The notes beneath the pieces are model-generated. The model had not been told where the DNA came from, ran no database searches, and was given only the letters and a program-made list of their open reading frames with translations. The translations under genes were made by a program, and so were the position numbers. A DNA stretch of 63,161 nt, counting the filler. It is 4 parts of 4 records of this genome, joined end to end, with 100 filler letters (N's around TTAATTAATTAA, not from the genome) between each part and the next. Parts side by side here need not be neighbours in the genome. Positions count along the whole stretch, not along the records: positions 1 to 21,651 come from SRR22947727_852; positions 21,752 to 33,404 come from SRR22947727_854; 2 more parts are not named here. One strand, written 5' to 3'. Position 1 is the stretch's first letter; each line of letters opens with the position of its first letter. Positions 11,514 to 21,776 of this stretch are shown here, in pieces.

Positions 11514-12766
11514 ATTTTCCAAGGCCTTAGCTTCTTTTTTGCAAGTTCAAGTTTTAAATTCTTAATATCAGGCACACCATTTTTAAAATAAGTCTTAGCC
11601 TCTCCTTTTATTAAAGGCTGAAAATATTCAATCCCTTTTTTTGTTATACCAAAACCATTTTTTGTTATGAAATTTTTCGGTAATTTTTTCTCTAAATTAG
11701 CAATTTTTGATAGTGGTGCAGGTTCAACAATCCATTTATATGATTTTGTTGGCAACCGTTTAATTACAGGCATCATTCCATTCATGCCCTCAACTGCATA
11801 TCTTACAGCATATTTTCCAACAGCTTGAGCATGATCTAGATCGGTTTGTGATGCTATATGTCTTGCACTTCTTTGAAGATAATCTGCAACAGCCCAATGA
11901 TTTTTCATTTTAAGATTTTTAGAAATTAGGTTAGAGATAAATGGTGCTACTCCGCCAAGTTGTGCATGCCCAAAAGCATCTTTAGTATCTGACTCTGCAA
12001 GAAAACTCCCTTTATAATTTTTAACGCCCTCAGATACGACAACAACACAATACCCTTCATTTTTAACATTATTCCTAACTTCATCTAAAAACCTTTTCTG
12101 ATTAAACGTTATTTCTGGAAGAAGGATAATATGTGGGGCATTCTGATGTTCATTTTTTGCAAGAACACTTGAAGCTGCCATCCATCCTGCATGCCTACCC
12201 ATAACCTCGAGTATAAAAACTTTTGTAGATGATTCTGACATTGACTGAACATCTAAAGACCCTTCTAATGTTGAGGTGGCAATATATTTTGCAGCCGAAC
12301 CAAATCCAGGACATGAATCTGTTATAACTAAATCATTATCAACAGTTTTAGGAATAGCTATGCATGTAAGCTCATATCCCATTTTTTTGCTTATTTTTGA
12401 AACCTTTAGAGCAGTATCTGCTGAGTCATTTCCGCCATTATAAAAAAAATAACCAATGTTATGAGCTTTAAAGACTTCTATTAATCTCTTGTATTGCTCA
12501 ATATCAGTTTCTATGTCTTTTAACTTAAATCTACAAGATCCAAATACACCTCCAGGTCTATAAGTGAGAGATTTAATTCCAGCAGGCGTCTCCTTTGATG
12601 TATCAATAAGCTCTTCTCGCAAGGCTCCCAGAATACCGTTTTTACCAGCAAATACTTTACCAATTTTGTTTTTATGATTTTTAGCTTCAAGTAGAAGGGC
12701 TCCGGCTGTTGCATTTATAACCGCTGTAACTCCTCCAGATTGAGCATAAAACGCATTCTTTTTCAT
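11510..12766 (-). CDS. 6-phosphofructokinase, probably PPi-dependent
   Basis: AQSGGVTAVIN, GGNDS, PKTVDND, EVMGRHAGW, DAFGHAQLGG. Confidence 0.9.
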   Translation of the reverse strand: MKKNAFYAQSGGVTAVINATAGALLLEAKNHKNKIGKVFAGKNGILGALREELIDTSKETPAGIKSLTYRPGGVFGSCRFKLKDIETDIEQYKRLIEVFKAHNIGYFFYNGGNDSADTALKVSKISKKMGYELTCIAIPKTVDNDLVITDSCPGFGSAAKYIATSTLEGSLDVQSMSESSTKVFILEVMGRHAGWMAASSVLAKNEHQNAPHIILLPEITFNQKRFLDEVRNNVKNEGYCVVVVSEGVKNYKGSFLAESDTKDAFGHAQLGGVAPFISNLISKNLKMKNHWAVADYLQRSARHIASQTDLDHAQAVGKYAVRYAVEGMNGMMPVIKRLPTKSYKWIVEPAPLSKIANLEKKLPKNFITKNGFGITKKGIEYFQPLIKGEAKTYFKNGVPDIKNLKLELAKKKLRPWKI

Positions 12767-12818
12767 AAAACTGACCCTTGCATTTAAAATTTAAAACATC
12801 CAAAGTATTATAACCATT

Positions 12819-14129
12819 ATGAGAATACATATTCTAGGCATATGCGGAACCTTCATGGGAGGCATTGCGCATATTTTAAAAGATTCAGGTCATGAAATTT
12901 CAGGCTCCGATCTCCAATTTTACCCACCAATGTCCGATCAGCTTAATGAGTCTGGAATTGAGCTTATTTCTGGGTATGAAATAGAGTCATTGCCAAATGC
13001 AGACTTATACATAATTGGAAATGCTCTTTCTAGAGGAAACCAATCTGTAGAACATATACTTGAAAATAAACTTCCTTTTAAATCTGGCCCAGAAATCCTT
13101 GGAGAAATGCTATCTAAAAAAAATGTCATTGCAGTTTCAGGTACTCATGGTAAGACAACAACCTCATACATGCTATGCCATATTTTTTTATCACAAGGGA
13201 GAGACATTGGTTATTTAGTTGGAGGTATTTCTAGCTCAACTGATAAATCTGCACATCTTGGAAAAGATCCTATTTTTGTTGTTGAAGCTGACGAGTATGA
13301 CTCAGCATTCTTTGACAAAAGATCAAAATTTATTCACTACAAGCCATCTACTCTTGTTATCAATAATATTGAATTTGATCATGCAGATATTTTTAGAGAT
13401 CTTGAAGATATAAAAAAACAATTCCATCACTTAATTAAAACGATCCCTAGCTCAGGAAATATAATTTTCTATAATGATAATAAGAATATTATCGATGTTC
13501 TAAGCCGTGGTGTTTGGTCTAATGAAGTCCCAATAAATAACTCCGATATAAGTTTAGACTCAATAAGCAAAAATCTCATAATATCAGGACAAAAGTATTA
13601 TCTTGGCGACCTTCCTTTAATTGGCGAGCACAATCTTCAAAATTATTCATCTGCAATTCTTTGCGCATATAAAAACGGTGTCCCTATAGATGATGCCATT
13701 GAGAGTCTTAAAGGTTTTAAAGGTGTCAAAAGGAGGCTTGAATCAAAAGGCGAATATAATAATATTAAAATATTTGATGATTTTGCGCATCACCCAACTG
13801 CTATTAAATATACATCAGATGCTATTCATAAGAATTTTAAAAATAAAAAAGTACTAGCTATTGTTGAGCTTGGTTCCAACACTATGTCCGGAGGTTATCA
13901 TGGCAATGATATTTTTGAGGCTTCAAAAGCCTTAACTAAAACTATTTGGATTGATCACAAAGAAAGCATGCCAAGCAAAGATCATAAAGATGAAATATTC
14001 AATTCTCTAGATGAGTCTCTTAAGTTCATAAAATCATGTATTTACGAATATGATATTATTTTAATAATGACAAATAAAGATAGTTCTAAAATCTACAATC
14101 CATTAATTGCATACCTTGAAAAAAACTAA
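12819..14129 (+). CDS. mpl: UDP-MurNAc:L-Ala-gamma-D-Glu-mDAP ligase (murein recycling)
   Basis: HILGICGTFMGG, GTHGKTTT, EADEYDSAFFDKRSKF, DDFAHHPTA. Confidence 0.95.
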   Translation: MRIHILGICGTFMGGIAHILKDSGHEISGSDLQFYPPMSDQLNESGIELISGYEIESLPNADLYIIGNALSRGNQSVEHILENKLPFKSGPEILGEMLSKKNVIAVSGTHGKTTTSYMLCHIFLSQGRDIGYLVGGISSSTDKSAHLGKDPIFVVEADEYDSAFFDKRSKFIHYKPSTLVINNIEFDHADIFRDLEDIKKQFHHLIKTIPSSGNIIFYNDNKNIIDVLSRGVWSNEVPINNSDISLDSISKNLIISGQKYYLGDLPLIGEHNLQNYSSAILCAYKNGVPIDDAIESLKGFKGVKRRLESKGEYNNIKIFDDFAHHPTAIKYTSDAIHKNFKNKKVLAIVELGSNTMSGGYHGNDIFEASKALTKTIWIDHKESMPSKDHKDEIFNSLDESLKFIKSCIYEYDIILIMTNKDSSKIYNPLIAYLEKN

Positions 14130-14706
14130 CGTACCAATATTTCCCCTAAAATCTGTTGCCCTTCCAGGAAGTATTCAGTCACTGCAAATTTTTGAACCTA
14201 GATATGTCAACATGATAAAAGAGTCTTTAAAATCAGAAAGCGGTTTCGTAATTGCTTTTTTTGATAAGGGAGATATTAAGAATAATATATTGATTTCAAA
14301 AAAAGGATCTTATGTAAAAATAATAGACTTCAATAACCTTCCGAATGGACTGCTTGGAATAACAGTAAAATCTGAATATAAAGTAGCTATTAATAATATA
14401 TGTCAGCTAGAAAATGGATTAAATATTGGAGATGTTGAAGCAATGGTTGATCCTGAGGTAGACGATCAGGCCATCCTCGCAGAATATCCAGAGTTTATAA
14501 ATATTCTTACTCAAATAATGAAACATCCAAAAGTTATTGAGATGCCCATTGAGGTAGATTTTGATTCAGCTGACTCAATTGCGTATCATCTTGGAGGACT
14601 AATACCTTTAACATCCGAAGAAAAGCAAAGCTTGTTAGAGGCATTTGATGCATCTCAACGCTTTGCTATTTTATCTAAATGCATTGAAAGGATGAATGAT
14701 CAATAA
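14116..14706 (+). CDS. Lon protease N-terminal substrate-binding-domain protein
   Basis: PIFPL..LPG...LQIFEPRY motif; no ATPase domain; usual position after mpl. Confidence 0.85.
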   Translation: MKKTNVPIFPLKSVALPGSIQSLQIFEPRYVNMIKESLKSESGFVIAFFDKGDIKNNILISKKGSYVKIIDFNNLPNGLLGITVKSEYKVAINNICQLENGLNIGDVEAMVDPEVDDQAILAEYPEFINILTQIMKHPKVIEMPIEVDFDSADSIAYHLGGLIPLTSEEKQSLLEAFDASQRFAILSKCIERMNDQ

Positions 14707-14711
14707 TTTTC

Positions 14712-15143
14712 TTAGTTAAGTTTAATTTTTTCGACATTAGATTTTATTCTTATCCAATTTACACCTTTTCTAACAGTGTTAATTTTTATAATTTTTTTCT
14801 CTAAATCAAATTTCTTCGGATAATCGCTCATCATCAAACCAATGAGGATCATGAGAATTCCTTGACCAGGCAAAACTAAAGCCAACAACCCAATGGCGAT
14901 AAAGATGTAACCAATAATATTTTTAAAGATTTTATAAAAAACCCACAATAAAATAGAGTTATCTCTTAATGCAGAAACTCTTTTTTTATTAATAAAGTAA
15001 TCTGATGGAATGGCTATAATGAACAGCCTTAATCCAACTATGCTAAATATAAAAATAAGCACTGAGATGATGCCAAGGTAGAAAAGTATATAACTATTGT
15101 TTTCTAGCCAAACATACAAAAAATTTAAACCATAAATTTCCAA
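14712..15143 (-). CDS. PGPGW-like membrane protein
   Basis: Hydrophobic helices, IPSDYF, KNIIG...LVLPGQGIL motif; start codon uncertain. Confidence 0.7.
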   Translation of the reverse strand: MEIYGLNFLYVWLENNSYILFYLGIISVLIFIFSIVGLRLFIIAIPSDYFINKKRVSALRDNSILLWVFYKIFKNIIGYIFIAIGLLALVLPGQGILMILIGLMMSDYPKKFDLEKKIIKINTVRKGVNWIRIKSNVEKIKLN

Positions 15144-15213
15144 ATTTACTTATCTTTTTATTTTAATTTAATTTAGTATATCTTAAGATTACATAAATTA
15201 TATATAACTAGCT

Positions 15214-15558
15214 TTGTCAAAAAATAAAATCATAAATGTTTGTCTGAAATCCTTAGAAAATAGCAAGGCACTTGATGTATTGTCCCTTGATATTAAGGGC
15301 ATATCATCGTTTGCTGATAAAATTATAATAGCTACTGCAAATTCAAACAGACATGCAAAATCTATCTCTAATAAGCTAATTGAAGAAGTTAAAGAAAATA
15401 ATTTTGAAATATTAGGAAGTGAGGGCACGGCAGACTCTGGTTGGATACTTGTTGACTGCGGGTCTGTTGTAATAAATCTTATGAGATCTGAAACCAGAGA
15501 GTTTTATGATTTAGAGGGGCTATGGGGGGAGAATACCTTGCTTTCAAATAACACTTGA
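15214..15558 (+). CDS. rsfS: Ribosome silencing factor
   Basis: KALDV, WILVDCGSVVIN, REFYDLEGLW. Confidence 0.93.
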   Translation: MSKNKIINVCLKSLENSKALDVLSLDIKGISSFADKIIIATANSNRHAKSISNKLIEEVKENNFEILGSEGTADSGWILVDCGSVVINLMRSETREFYDLEGLWGENTLLSNNT

Positions 15559-16023
15559 ATGCTTTTTAATATAATAAGCGTATCAAATAAATTATCTAAA
15601 TGGGAATCAGATGGAATAGATGCTTACAAGAAGCAACTTCCAAAGCATGTCTCTCTTAAATTTGAAAATATTAAAGGGCAGCAGCATCCCAAAAGATCTA
15701 TCTCTGAAATTAAATCTTTAGAATCAAAATTAATATCTTCAAGACTTAAAGAAGATTCATTCAACATTGCTTTTGACATTAAAGGCAAGGAGCTCGATAG
15801 CATTCAGTTTAGTCATCTCATTAAAGAGTGCTTTGAAAAGAATAAGATAACTAATTTTTTAATTGGAGGATCATTTGGTCTGTCAAAAGAAATTATTAAT
15901 TCATCAGATGTGGCTATTTCAATTTCAAAGATGACCTTCCCGCACAGACTATTTAAAATCTTATTAGTTGAACAGATTTATAGATCTTTCTCAATTCTAA
16001 ATAATTCCCCTTATCACAAATGA
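15559..16023 (+). CDS. rlmH: 23S rRNA pseudouridine-1915 N3-methyltransferase
   Basis: FLIGGSFG, MTFPH, EQIYRS...PYHK. Confidence 0.94.
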   Translation: MLFNIISVSNKLSKWESDGIDAYKKQLPKHVSLKFENIKGQQHPKRSISEIKSLESKLISSRLKEDSFNIAFDIKGKELDSIQFSHLIKECFEKNKITNFLIGGSFGLSKEIINSSDVAISISKMTFPHRLFKILLVEQIYRSFSILNNSPYHK

Positions 16024-17858
16024 TCGATATAGAAGACCGATTTATCGAAAAAAGAATTTTTAAAAATAGATTAATCCTTATCTATCTCTTCTTTGGATTT
16101 TTATTTTCAGCCTTTATTTATCGAACATATACCCTTCAAGTTTATAGTTATTCAAGCTATGAATCAGCATCCATAAAAAACAAAACAAAGTCAATCCTGG
16201 TTCAGCCAAAAAGAGGCATAGTCTATGATAGAAATGGAAATATTTTAATTAATAATGTTCCTAGCTACGACTTAATTATTCAACCCTCAAAAATAGATAA
16301 TATTAGTAAATATCTTGAAAGATTAAATAATGTTATTTTGATCGATCAGGATGAGCGAGACTATGTATTAGAACAATTCGATAACAAATCTACATACAAC
16401 AGAGAGCTTGCTGTAAAAAGAGCTCTATCAGAAGAAGAAATAGCTAGATTTGAAGTAAGGAACTATCTTTTCCCCGAAGCTTTAATAGATAAAAGATATA
16501 GAAGAGAGAGCGAATACCCATATTTATTTTCACATGTGCTGGGTTTTGTTGGAGCTGCAGAAAATGAAACAATGTCTGAGATTTTAACCACGCAAGATAA
16601 ATTCCCAGGAGAAACATTATTCAAATATGCAAATGGATACTTAATAGGAAAAACAGGAATTGAGAATACTTATGATAATTCTTTGAGAGGTTCTTTTGGC
16701 GAAAAGATCTTTGAAATAGATGCAAGAGGGAAGCTCCTCAAGCAAATAGATTTTATTGAGCCTACAGATGGTTTAGATATGTTTACATCCTTAGACTTAG
16801 AAGCTCAAAAAGTTGCCTTTGAGGCAATGGATGGAAGAAAAGGAGCAGTTGTGGTTGTAGAAATAGAAACTGGTTCAATTATTACATATTTAAGCTCTCC
16901 TTCATTCTCCATTAATCAAATTTCAAATGGCATATCTTCAACAAATTTTGAAAAACTTATCGAAGATAAAGCTAAGCCTTTCTTTGACAGAGCTTCTCAG
17001 GGACGTTATTCACCAGCATCAACAATTAAACCTGCAATTGGTCTTTATGGATTACAGAGTGGAATTATCAATTGGGACTATACAATTGATGACCCTGGTT
17101 TTTTTGTATTACCTGAAGATCAAAGAATCTACAGGGGATGGAAAAAGGGAGGGCACGGAAATATCAATCTTGAGAATGCATTAATAGAAAGCTCCAATAC
17201 TTTCTTTTTCTCTTTAGCATATCAATCTGAAATAAAGGATCTTATTGATCATTTATCAAACTTTGGTTTTGGAAGAAATATTTGTGTGGACTGCTTCAAC
17301 CCCGGAAAGGGTTTATTGCCAAGCCCTGAATGGAAAATGAACAACTTAAATTTTGGATGGTTTAAGGGCGATTCAGTGAATTTAGGAGTTGGTCAGGGTT
17401 ACTTAAGTACAACACCAGTGCAACTAGCTTTTTACAGCGGACTATTGAGTAAGAAGGGCTCATTAAAAAAACTATCCTTAATTAATGATAATGTTGGTAA
17501 AGAAACTATAGTTTTACCTATGACAAATATTACAAGCAAAGACTGGGATAAAATTCATGAAAGCATGATAGGAGTTATTGAAAATCCTAAAGGGACAGCA
17601 AAAAGTTTAAAAAACCTTAAGTCATATAATATAGCTGCAAAATCAGGAACTGTTGAATTAGTAAGTCTTGACAGCAAAGAAGACTATGAACTTGTTAGAC
17701 AAGATATTTTAAAGAGAGATCATGCCATTATGATTGCATTTGCACCAATGCCCAATCCTAAATATGCCATCAGTGTTGTTATTGAAAATGCTGAAAGTGG
17801 AGGTTCTGTTGCTGGTCCCGTTGCAGTTAAAGTTCTTAATTCACTTATTAAAGAATGA
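16020..17858 (+). CDS. mrdA: Penicillin-binding protein 2
   Basis: PKRGIVYDRNG, SPASTIKP (SxxK), SSNTFF (SxN), KSGT. Confidence 0.95.
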   Translation: MIDIEDRFIEKRIFKNRLILIYLFFGFLFSAFIYRTYTLQVYSYSSYESASIKNKTKSILVQPKRGIVYDRNGNILINNVPSYDLIIQPSKIDNISKYLERLNNVILIDQDERDYVLEQFDNKSTYNRELAVKRALSEEEIARFEVRNYLFPEALIDKRYRRESEYPYLFSHVLGFVGAAENETMSEILTTQDKFPGETLFKYANGYLIGKTGIENTYDNSLRGSFGEKIFEIDARGKLLKQIDFIEPTDGLDMFTSLDLEAQKVAFEAMDGRKGAVVVVEIETGSIITYLSSPSFSINQISNGISSTNFEKLIEDKAKPFFDRASQGRYSPASTIKPAIGLYGLQSGIINWDYTIDDPGFFVLPEDQRIYRGWKKGGHGNINLENALIESSNTFFFSLAYQSEIKDLIDHLSNFGFGRNICVDCFNPGKGLLPSPEWKMNNLNFGWFKGDSVNLGVGQGYLSTTPVQLAFYSGLLSKKGSLKKLSLINDNVGKETIVLPMTNITSKDWDKIHESMIGVIENPKGTAKSLKNLKSYNIAAKSGTVELVSLDSKEDYELVRQDILKRDHAIMIAFAPMPNPKYAISVVIENAESGGSVAGPVAVKVLNSLIKE

Positions 17859-18952
17859 AACAAGTTTCATTTAAAAGATTTACAATTTTTTTCGATCAAT
17901 ACTTATTTATTGCAATCACTTTGCTCTCAGTAATGGGGTTGTTCTTTTTATATAGCGCATCACAAGGCAATATTAATGTTGTTATGAAGCAGGCAATCTT
18001 TATAGGATTTGGTATATTTTTAATGTTTATATTAAGTCAACCAGATCCAGATATTTATAAGATATTATCTAGAGTCTTTTTGATAACCTCTTTAATCTTA
18101 GTTTTAATAACGATTCTTGTTGCTAAAGAAATTAATGGGGCAAAGCGCTGGCTAGATTTAGGTGTGTTCACTCTTCAGCCATCAGAGCTAGTTAAGATAG
18201 CGCTTCCAATATATCTTGCTGCATATTTATTTGAAAAACCTATACCCATAGATCTAAAAAATACTTTTAAAAGCTTATTAATTATTGCTGTTTGTTTTCT
18301 TTTAATTGCTCGCCAACCAGATCTTGGTACTAGCTTAGTTGTATCAATGGCAGGTGTCTATATTCTATTCTTTGCTGGCCTTAGCTGGAAATTTATCGGA
18401 TCCTCCATCATAGTATTTCTTATATCTCTGCCATTTCTATGGAATAATTTTCTTCAACCATTTCAACAACAAAGAATATTAACCTCACTAGATCCAAGCG
18501 CTGATCCTTTTGGCAGTGGATGGAATATAACCCAATCTAAGATAGCCATAGGTTCTGGTGGAATTTCTGGAAAGGGTTTTGAGGCTGGCTCTCAATCTCA
18601 CTTAGACTTTTTACCTGAAACAGAAACAGACTTTATTTTTGCTGTAATAGCAGAAGAATTTGGTTTCATTGGAGTTTGCATTCTCTTATCCATATATATG
18701 TTTATTTTTTTAAGATGCATGTATTTAGCTTTCAATGCTAGAGATAGATTCTGCAGATTAACAATTGGCGGATTAAGCTTGATATTTGCCTCAACTTTAT
18801 TTATTAATTTAGCTATGGTAACTGGATTGATACCTGTTGTTGGAATGCCACTTCCATTTATAAGTAAAGGTGGATCATCTTTATTATCATTTTACATTGC
18901 TTTTGGGATTATAATTTCAATGGCCTCTCATAAAAAACTAATGCAACGATGA
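17855..18952 (+). CDS. rodA: Rod shape-determining protein RodA
   Basis: GAKRW, QPSE, QPDLGT, FLPETETDFIF, PFISKGGSS. Confidence 0.95.
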   Translation: MKQVSFKRFTIFFDQYLFIAITLLSVMGLFFLYSASQGNINVVMKQAIFIGFGIFLMFILSQPDPDIYKILSRVFLITSLILVLITILVAKEINGAKRWLDLGVFTLQPSELVKIALPIYLAAYLFEKPIPIDLKNTFKSLLIIAVCFLLIARQPDLGTSLVVSMAGVYILFFAGLSWKFIGSSIIVFLISLPFLWNNFLQPFQQQRILTSLDPSADPFGSGWNITQSKIAIGSGGISGKGFEAGSQSHLDFLPETETDFIFAVIAEEFGFIGVCILLSIYMFIFLRCMYLAFNARDRFCRLTIGGLSLIFASTLFINLAMVTGLIPVVGMPLPFISKGGSSLLSFYIAFGIIISMASHKKLMQR

Positions 18953-19839
18953 AAAAAATTATACTAATTCTTATATCCATATCTTCATATCATGTTGAAT
19001 CAAGCTACTTAAACAATGATGATTCAATCGCTATTATCGATAAACTGGTTAATACACACGGATTTGAAAAAACCTACGTTGAAAAAGTCTTATCAAATGC
19101 CCAAAAACAACAAAAAATAATTGACTCCATATCTAAACCTGCAGAATTTACCTGGACTTGGGATAGATACAAAAAATTATTTATTGAAGAAAAGAGAATA
19201 AAAAATGGTAAAAAATTTATTGCTGATAACCTAAAAACTTTAGAACGAGCTGAAAAAACTTATGGCGTTCCAAAAGAGATTATTACAGCAATACTTGGAG
19301 TTGAAACCAGATATGGAAAGATTATGGGGAGCTATCGAGTCATTGATAGCTTGGCAACATTGAGTTTTGACTATCCAAGGCGTGAAAGTTTTTTTAGAAG
19401 AGAGCTAATAGAATTTTTTCTTTTAACTAGAGAAAATAATATAGATATAACATCAGCTAAAGGCTCTTATGCCGGCGCCATGGGGTATGGTCAATTCATA
19501 TCATCAAGTTATAGAGCTTATGCTGTAGATTTCAATGGAGATGGCAGTGCTGATCTTTTTAACTCTGTAGATGATGCAATTGGAAGTGTGGCAAATTATT
19601 TATCTGTTCACGGTTGGAAGGAAGAGGGGTCAATTATTAAAGAGGTAGATATAAATAATGTAAGAAAGAATTATATTCCTGATGAAAAGCTTACTAAATT
19701 TATTTCTTTGAGGTTCAAAGAAGGCGAAAAAGAACTTTTTTTTATTGGAGATGATAACTTTATTGCAATAACTAAATATAATATTAGTCACTTTTACGCT
19801 ATGGCTGTATATTATTTATCTGAAGAGCTAAAAATATGA
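18949..19839 (+). CDS. mltB: Lytic murein transglycosylase B
   Basis: ILGVETRYG catalytic Glu, GSYAGAMGYGQF, AVDFNGDG, ITKYN; position in mrd operon. Confidence 0.9.
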   Translation: MKKIILILISISSYHVESSYLNNDDSIAIIDKLVNTHGFEKTYVEKVLSNAQKQQKIIDSISKPAEFTWTWDRYKKLFIEEKRIKNGKKFIADNLKTLERAEKTYGVPKEIITAILGVETRYGKIMGSYRVIDSLATLSFDYPRRESFFRRELIEFFLLTRENNIDITSAKGSYAGAMGYGQFISSSYRAYAVDFNGDGSADLFNSVDDAIGSVANYLSVHGWKEEGSIIKEVDINNVRKNYIPDEKLTKFISLRFKEGEKELFFIGDDNFIAITKYNISHFYAMAVYYLSEELKI

Positions 19840-20996
19840 AAAACCTACTTTTAATATCCACAATACTTTTATCATCATTTGCTCAGTCTCAAAGCTTTGT
19901 TCCAGACTCGCCTCCATTAGACGTTAAGAGTTATATTCTTCTTGAACCAAATACTGGGACAGTAATTGCTGAGTTCAATTCTGAAAACCCAATTGAGCCG
20001 GCCAGCATGACAAAAATTATGACAAGCTATGTTGTTGCTGATCAAATATCTAATGGTCTAATATCGCCTGAAGATGATGTCTTAATTAGCGAGAAAGCAT
20101 GGAAAATGCAAGGATCTAAAACTTTTATTGAGGCTGGCAAACGAGTAAAAGTTTCAGATTTGCTCAAGGGAATAATGATTCAGTCTGGCAATGATGCATC
20201 AGTAGCAATAGCTGAGTATGCTGGAGGCACGGAAGAAGGTTTCGTAGATCTAATGAATGCATATGCAGCTTCGCTTGGAATGAATAATACCCTTTTTCAA
20301 AATGCTACTGGACTACCAAATGAAAATCACTTTTCGTCAGCAAAAGATTTAGCAAACCTAACTTCAAATTACATCAATAAATTTCCAGAAGAATACTCAC
20401 TTTATAAAGAAAAACAGTTTACCTTTAATAATATAAAGCAGTTAAATAGAAATAAATTATTATGGCGTGATGAATCAGCAGATGGTGTTAAGACTGGTCA
20501 TACGGATGCAGCTGGATATTGTCTTGTTGGATCTGCTAAAAGAGGAGGCATGAGGTTAATCACTGTTGTCGCTGGGAGCAGCTCTGACAAGGATAGATTT
20601 TCTGATACACAAAGATTATTGGAATATGGTTTTAGATTCTTCGCCACTCAAAAAGTAATTTCTGCCGATCAACAACTTAAAGAAATTTCAATTTGGGGAG
20701 GGCTAACTGATTCGCTAAAGATAGGAGTCCTAAATGATGTTTCCTTGACACTGCCAAGAACTTCTTTCAAAGATCTCCAAATAAATTATAAGCATAGAAA
20801 TAATATTCAGGCACCTGTAAAAAAAGGCGAGCTTATTGGCTCACTGGAAATTGTTAGTGGTAGTGAAGTGGTTTATTCAGAGAATCTGATTGCCTTAGAA
20901 AGTATTGATTCTAAAGGTTTTTTTGGAAGGATATGGTCTAAATTTGTTCTGTGGATAATGGGCTTATTTGGATTTAATGATAATGGATCAGATTAA
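19836..20996 (+). CDS. dacA: D-alanyl-D-alanine carboxypeptidase (PBP5/6)
   Basis: PASMTK, SGNDA, KTGHT motifs. Confidence 0.93.
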   Translation: MKNLLLISTILLSSFAQSQSFVPDSPPLDVKSYILLEPNTGTVIAEFNSENPIEPASMTKIMTSYVVADQISNGLISPEDDVLISEKAWKMQGSKTFIEAGKRVKVSDLLKGIMIQSGNDASVAIAEYAGGTEEGFVDLMNAYAASLGMNNTLFQNATGLPNENHFSSAKDLANLTSNYINKFPEEYSLYKEKQFTFNNIKQLNRNKLLWRDESADGVKTGHTDAAGYCLVGSAKRGGMRLITVVAGSSSDKDRFSDTQRLLEYGFRFFATQKVISADQQLKEISIWGGLTDSLKIGVLNDVSLTLPRTSFKDLQINYKHRNNIQAPVKKGELIGSLEIVSGSEVVYSENLIALESIDSKGFFGRIWSKFVLWIMGLFGFNDNGSD

Positions 20997-21651
20997 AGCG
21001 GTCTATCAAGGCAATTTTGATTTATTAGAAAATATTCAAGTTTCTCCTCTTAGTAGAGCTTATACTTTCTCTGATAGTATTTACGAAGTCATACCTTTTT
21101 TTGATGAGAATATTATTTATTTTGATCAGCATATTACTAGGCTTAAAAGAAGTGCGAATGCTGTAGACATTGATATAGATCCCTCCATTGCCTCCAATGA
21201 AATATTACAACTTATAAAGTCATGCGAATTCAAAAGCGGGTATGTTTACTACCAAATTTCTCGAGGAGTGGATCAAATAAGAAATCATTTATACAAGAAT
21301 GATATTGAAATTGAATATTTTGGTTATGTTAAGGATCACGACTTCATAAATAAAAAATTTAAAGTTTTAGTTTGTGACGATATTAGATGGGGAAGATGCG
21401 ATATTAAATCAACCTCACTTCTAGCAAATACTCTAATGATGAATCAAGCATCTCAAAAGGGTTGTAATGAAATTATTATGCATAAATTTGGAAGTATTAC
21501 CGAAGCGGGTGCTTCAAATATCTTCTTTATCAATAACGATATAGTTTGCACACCTAAGTTAAATAATAATATTCTTCCAGGCATTACTAGGGGTATGTCA
21601 ATTGAGATCTTTAAAAGAAATGGCATTGAAGTAATGGAAGGTGATTTTAGT
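20983..21651 (+). CDS. Class IV aminotransferase, D-amino-acid aminotransferase-like (truncated at contig end)
   Basis: DSIYEV, YYQISRG, DIRWGRCDIKS, ITEAGASN, ILPGITR. Confidence 0.85.
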
Positions 21652-21751
21652 NNNNNNNNNNNNNNNNNNNNNNNNNNNNNNNNNNNNNNNNNNNNTTAAT
21701 TAATTAANNNNNNNNNNNNNNNNNNNNNNNNNNNNNNNNNNNNNNNNNNNN
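21652..21751. other. Artificial contig linker
   Basis: 44 N + TTAATTAATTAA + 44 N; abrupt shift in base composition. Confidence 0.98.
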
Positions 21752-21775
21752 GGGGTTCGAATCCCCTCATCCGCC
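21752..21775 (+). tRNA. 3' fragment of a tRNA, probably tRNA-His
   Basis: GGGG-TTCGAAT-CCCC T-arm followed by acceptor strand CATCCGC and discriminator C (C73 is typical of His); anticodon not present. Confidence 0.7.
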
Positions 21776-21776
21776 C

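Noticed and set aside
21696..21707. TTAATTAATTAA palindrome recurring three times in the window
   Set aside because: Embedded in N runs; an artificial all-frame-stop linker, not a biological repeat
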